DNA of 34,514 bases, from assembly GCA_041480905.1 (NCBI GenBank), contig JBGPAW010000001.1, positions 1-34,514 on the forward strand, read 5' to 3'. Numbering within the stretch: the stretch's first letter is position 1; every line of letters begins with the position of its first letter. Positions 34,301-34,514 of this stretch are shown one piece after another. The stretch comes from Phycisphaerae bacterium (lineage in GTDB: Bacteria; Planctomycetota; Phycisphaerae; UBA1845). Under the pieces are notes generated by a model. That model worked only from the letters and a program-made list of their open reading frames with translations. It had not been told where the DNA came from and did no database searches. The translations under genes were made by a program, and so were the position numbers.

Positions 34301-34514
34301 CTGGCCGATCGGCTGGACAAGCTGTTCAAGAGCCAGGCCAAAGGGGGCGGCGGAGGCGGCGGACGGGCCGACGCCATCGCCGTCGAGCCGGACCCGCGCA
34401 CCAACGCGTTGATCGTCTGGGCCGCCCCGTCGCAGTTGGACAACGTCAAGGAGATCATCGCCAAGCTGGACACCCATGAGCCGGTGAAGGAAATGCAGAT
34501 GCGGGTCATCCGGC
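31337..34514 (+). CDS. Second secretin-like protein (GspD-family N-domain repeats), 3' end beyond the window (at least 1059 aa)
   Basis: Own translation from (GTG 31334) ATG 31337 gives MNTIAVSLIVGWLGISALA|QEQPAG..., a signal peptide. An open frame then runs to the window end with at least ~12 secretin-N repeats. Examples: MRVVTLEQAGAKRVAEKVQSIY...VTERVVVIAAPAHLMDEVLNIVKTID; ILHLRYADAESVSKMLDDMF...DLRTNTLVVAGKAAQVALVAELVNKID; IYPLKHSAAAPLAQKMQEAF...ADESTNSLICSASRDDQELIANLLTLLD; ...DPRTNALIVWAAPSQLDNVKEIIAKLD. It is missing from the ORF track because it has no stop in the window. The 1106-aa minus-strand ORF 31157..34477 is its shadow. Confidence 0.85.
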   Translation, partial: MNTIAVSLIVGWLGISALAQEQPAGESTALSEREQVDALMDEALARQDEAKPRPPARRDTRSADRREAAPTAPLATTNGAEEGTPPERAGQPLPSMSGVNLSGANVDIQTVGSGTIIITGNESDVAMIEALVDLLDRQGPRNEMRVVTLEQAGAKRVAEKVQSIYSKLKARPEDQVALVAVTERVVVIAAPAHLMDEVLNIVKTIDIQGTFPSTASMTFQIKHRKASEAAIQLKKVLDALRKKAGEDAGPEAEIIPLDANNTILITAPESERAKIQGLLDAIDVEPAAGWGDVLLTVFPLRNSKAEELAKTIKELITAQAAADKAKPGEEPLRRLRMVVRTPDGQQRELPPLDLEKPLKLIADKGTESLIVATVESNVAPLGEIVDILDGVPGAEEVGCQILHLRYADAESVSKMLDDMFKKGKDLPKPAPGSESSTAVPEGPIGEALSYNVTLVTDLRTNTLVVAGKAAQVALVAELVNKIDVPSAATKFPLRLVPLANTDATHMGKILEELFKQRAESLEKSNAGKSVVEREKVFLAVDIRRNALIVAASEENYNEILEITAKLDGAGQRLIENIRIINCANTSAGDLAKKIEDLWKRKADLRKEGKLPADLPVIVADQRSNALVIASSVEDYDEIKRLVDRLESQPLAPIAQIRLIEIKHNDASKISEMLKKLFEERMKQRLIEGQKENPADRAAFADDPATNTILVASSQENYDEMMRIIAALDTELDVEGVVQFFVLHNAEASTVQKKIDDLFKAGIYSPTKGLDSKLIQERQKVTVVADPRSNAVIVSASKPNLAIVQKLIEVMDTEDAPLLQQDTRVFALGTADALKLAKMLKDLFDGMKSSAPEPDLVRPPTIIADERSNSLFVTGSRDSLKRCDDLIGRIEEQNVQRTAVFQIYPLKHSAAAPLAQKMQEAFDKREKSGEQSARTPIYIMADESTNSLICSASRDDQELIANLLTLLDKPSSIAKQFEIFPLKVAKAQGLADRLDKLFKSQAKGGGGGGGRADAIAVEPDPRTNALIVWAAPSQLDNVKEIIAKLDTHEPVKEMQMRVIR

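Noticed and set aside
31157-34477. 1106-aa ORF on the minus strand, the longest entry in that part of the track.
   Set aside because: - It lies exactly antisense to a plus-strand frame that translates into well-formed secretin-N repeats with a signal peptide.
- Its own product is Arg/Gly/Leu/Asp/His-rich low-complexity sequence.
- This is a typical GC-rich shadow ORF.

Overview
GC-rich bacterial chromosomal window. The strong third-position GC bias produces long antisense shadow ORFs. Giant secretin-like genes and GC-rich REP-like spacers suggest a Planctomycetota-like organism, but that is inference only.

The left ~14 kb holds ordinary housekeeping and signalling genes:
- a partial NUDIX hydrolase (-)
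- a REC-GGDEF-HD-GYP response regulator (-)
- an orphan HNH endonuclease (-)
- trxB (-)
- gcvT-gcvH (+)
- a lipoprotein with four PKD/Ig-like repeats fused to a cyclophilin PPIase (+)
- prfB with its programmed +1 frameshift, which the ORF track misses (+)
- an HtrA-type protease (+)
- a DUF3179 protein (+)
- mutS (+)

The right ~20 kb (14.4 kb to the window end) is one co-directional type II secretion-like operon. Its order is gspF, gspG, three minor pseudopilins (H/I/J-like), gspK-like, a PilM+PilN (GspL-like) fusion, and a PilO/GspM + PilP/GspC-HR-like fusion.

Two consecutive giant proteins follow, both made of tandem secretin-N (ring-building) domains. The first is 2560 aa with about 25-28 domains and no recognisable secretin beta-barrel. 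The second is at least 1059 aa, has at least ~12 domains, and runs off the window.

No GspE/PilB ATPase, prepilin peptidase or separate GspC is present in the window.

The spacers inside the operon are unusually structured. They contain 7-nt-period AGCT repeats just after three stop codons, two REP-like 31-bp repeats, a 16-bp hairpin flanked by 9-bp direct repeats, and nested alternative GC hairpins between gspF and gspG.

The giant multi-ring secretin-like module is the best candidate for an undescribed system.
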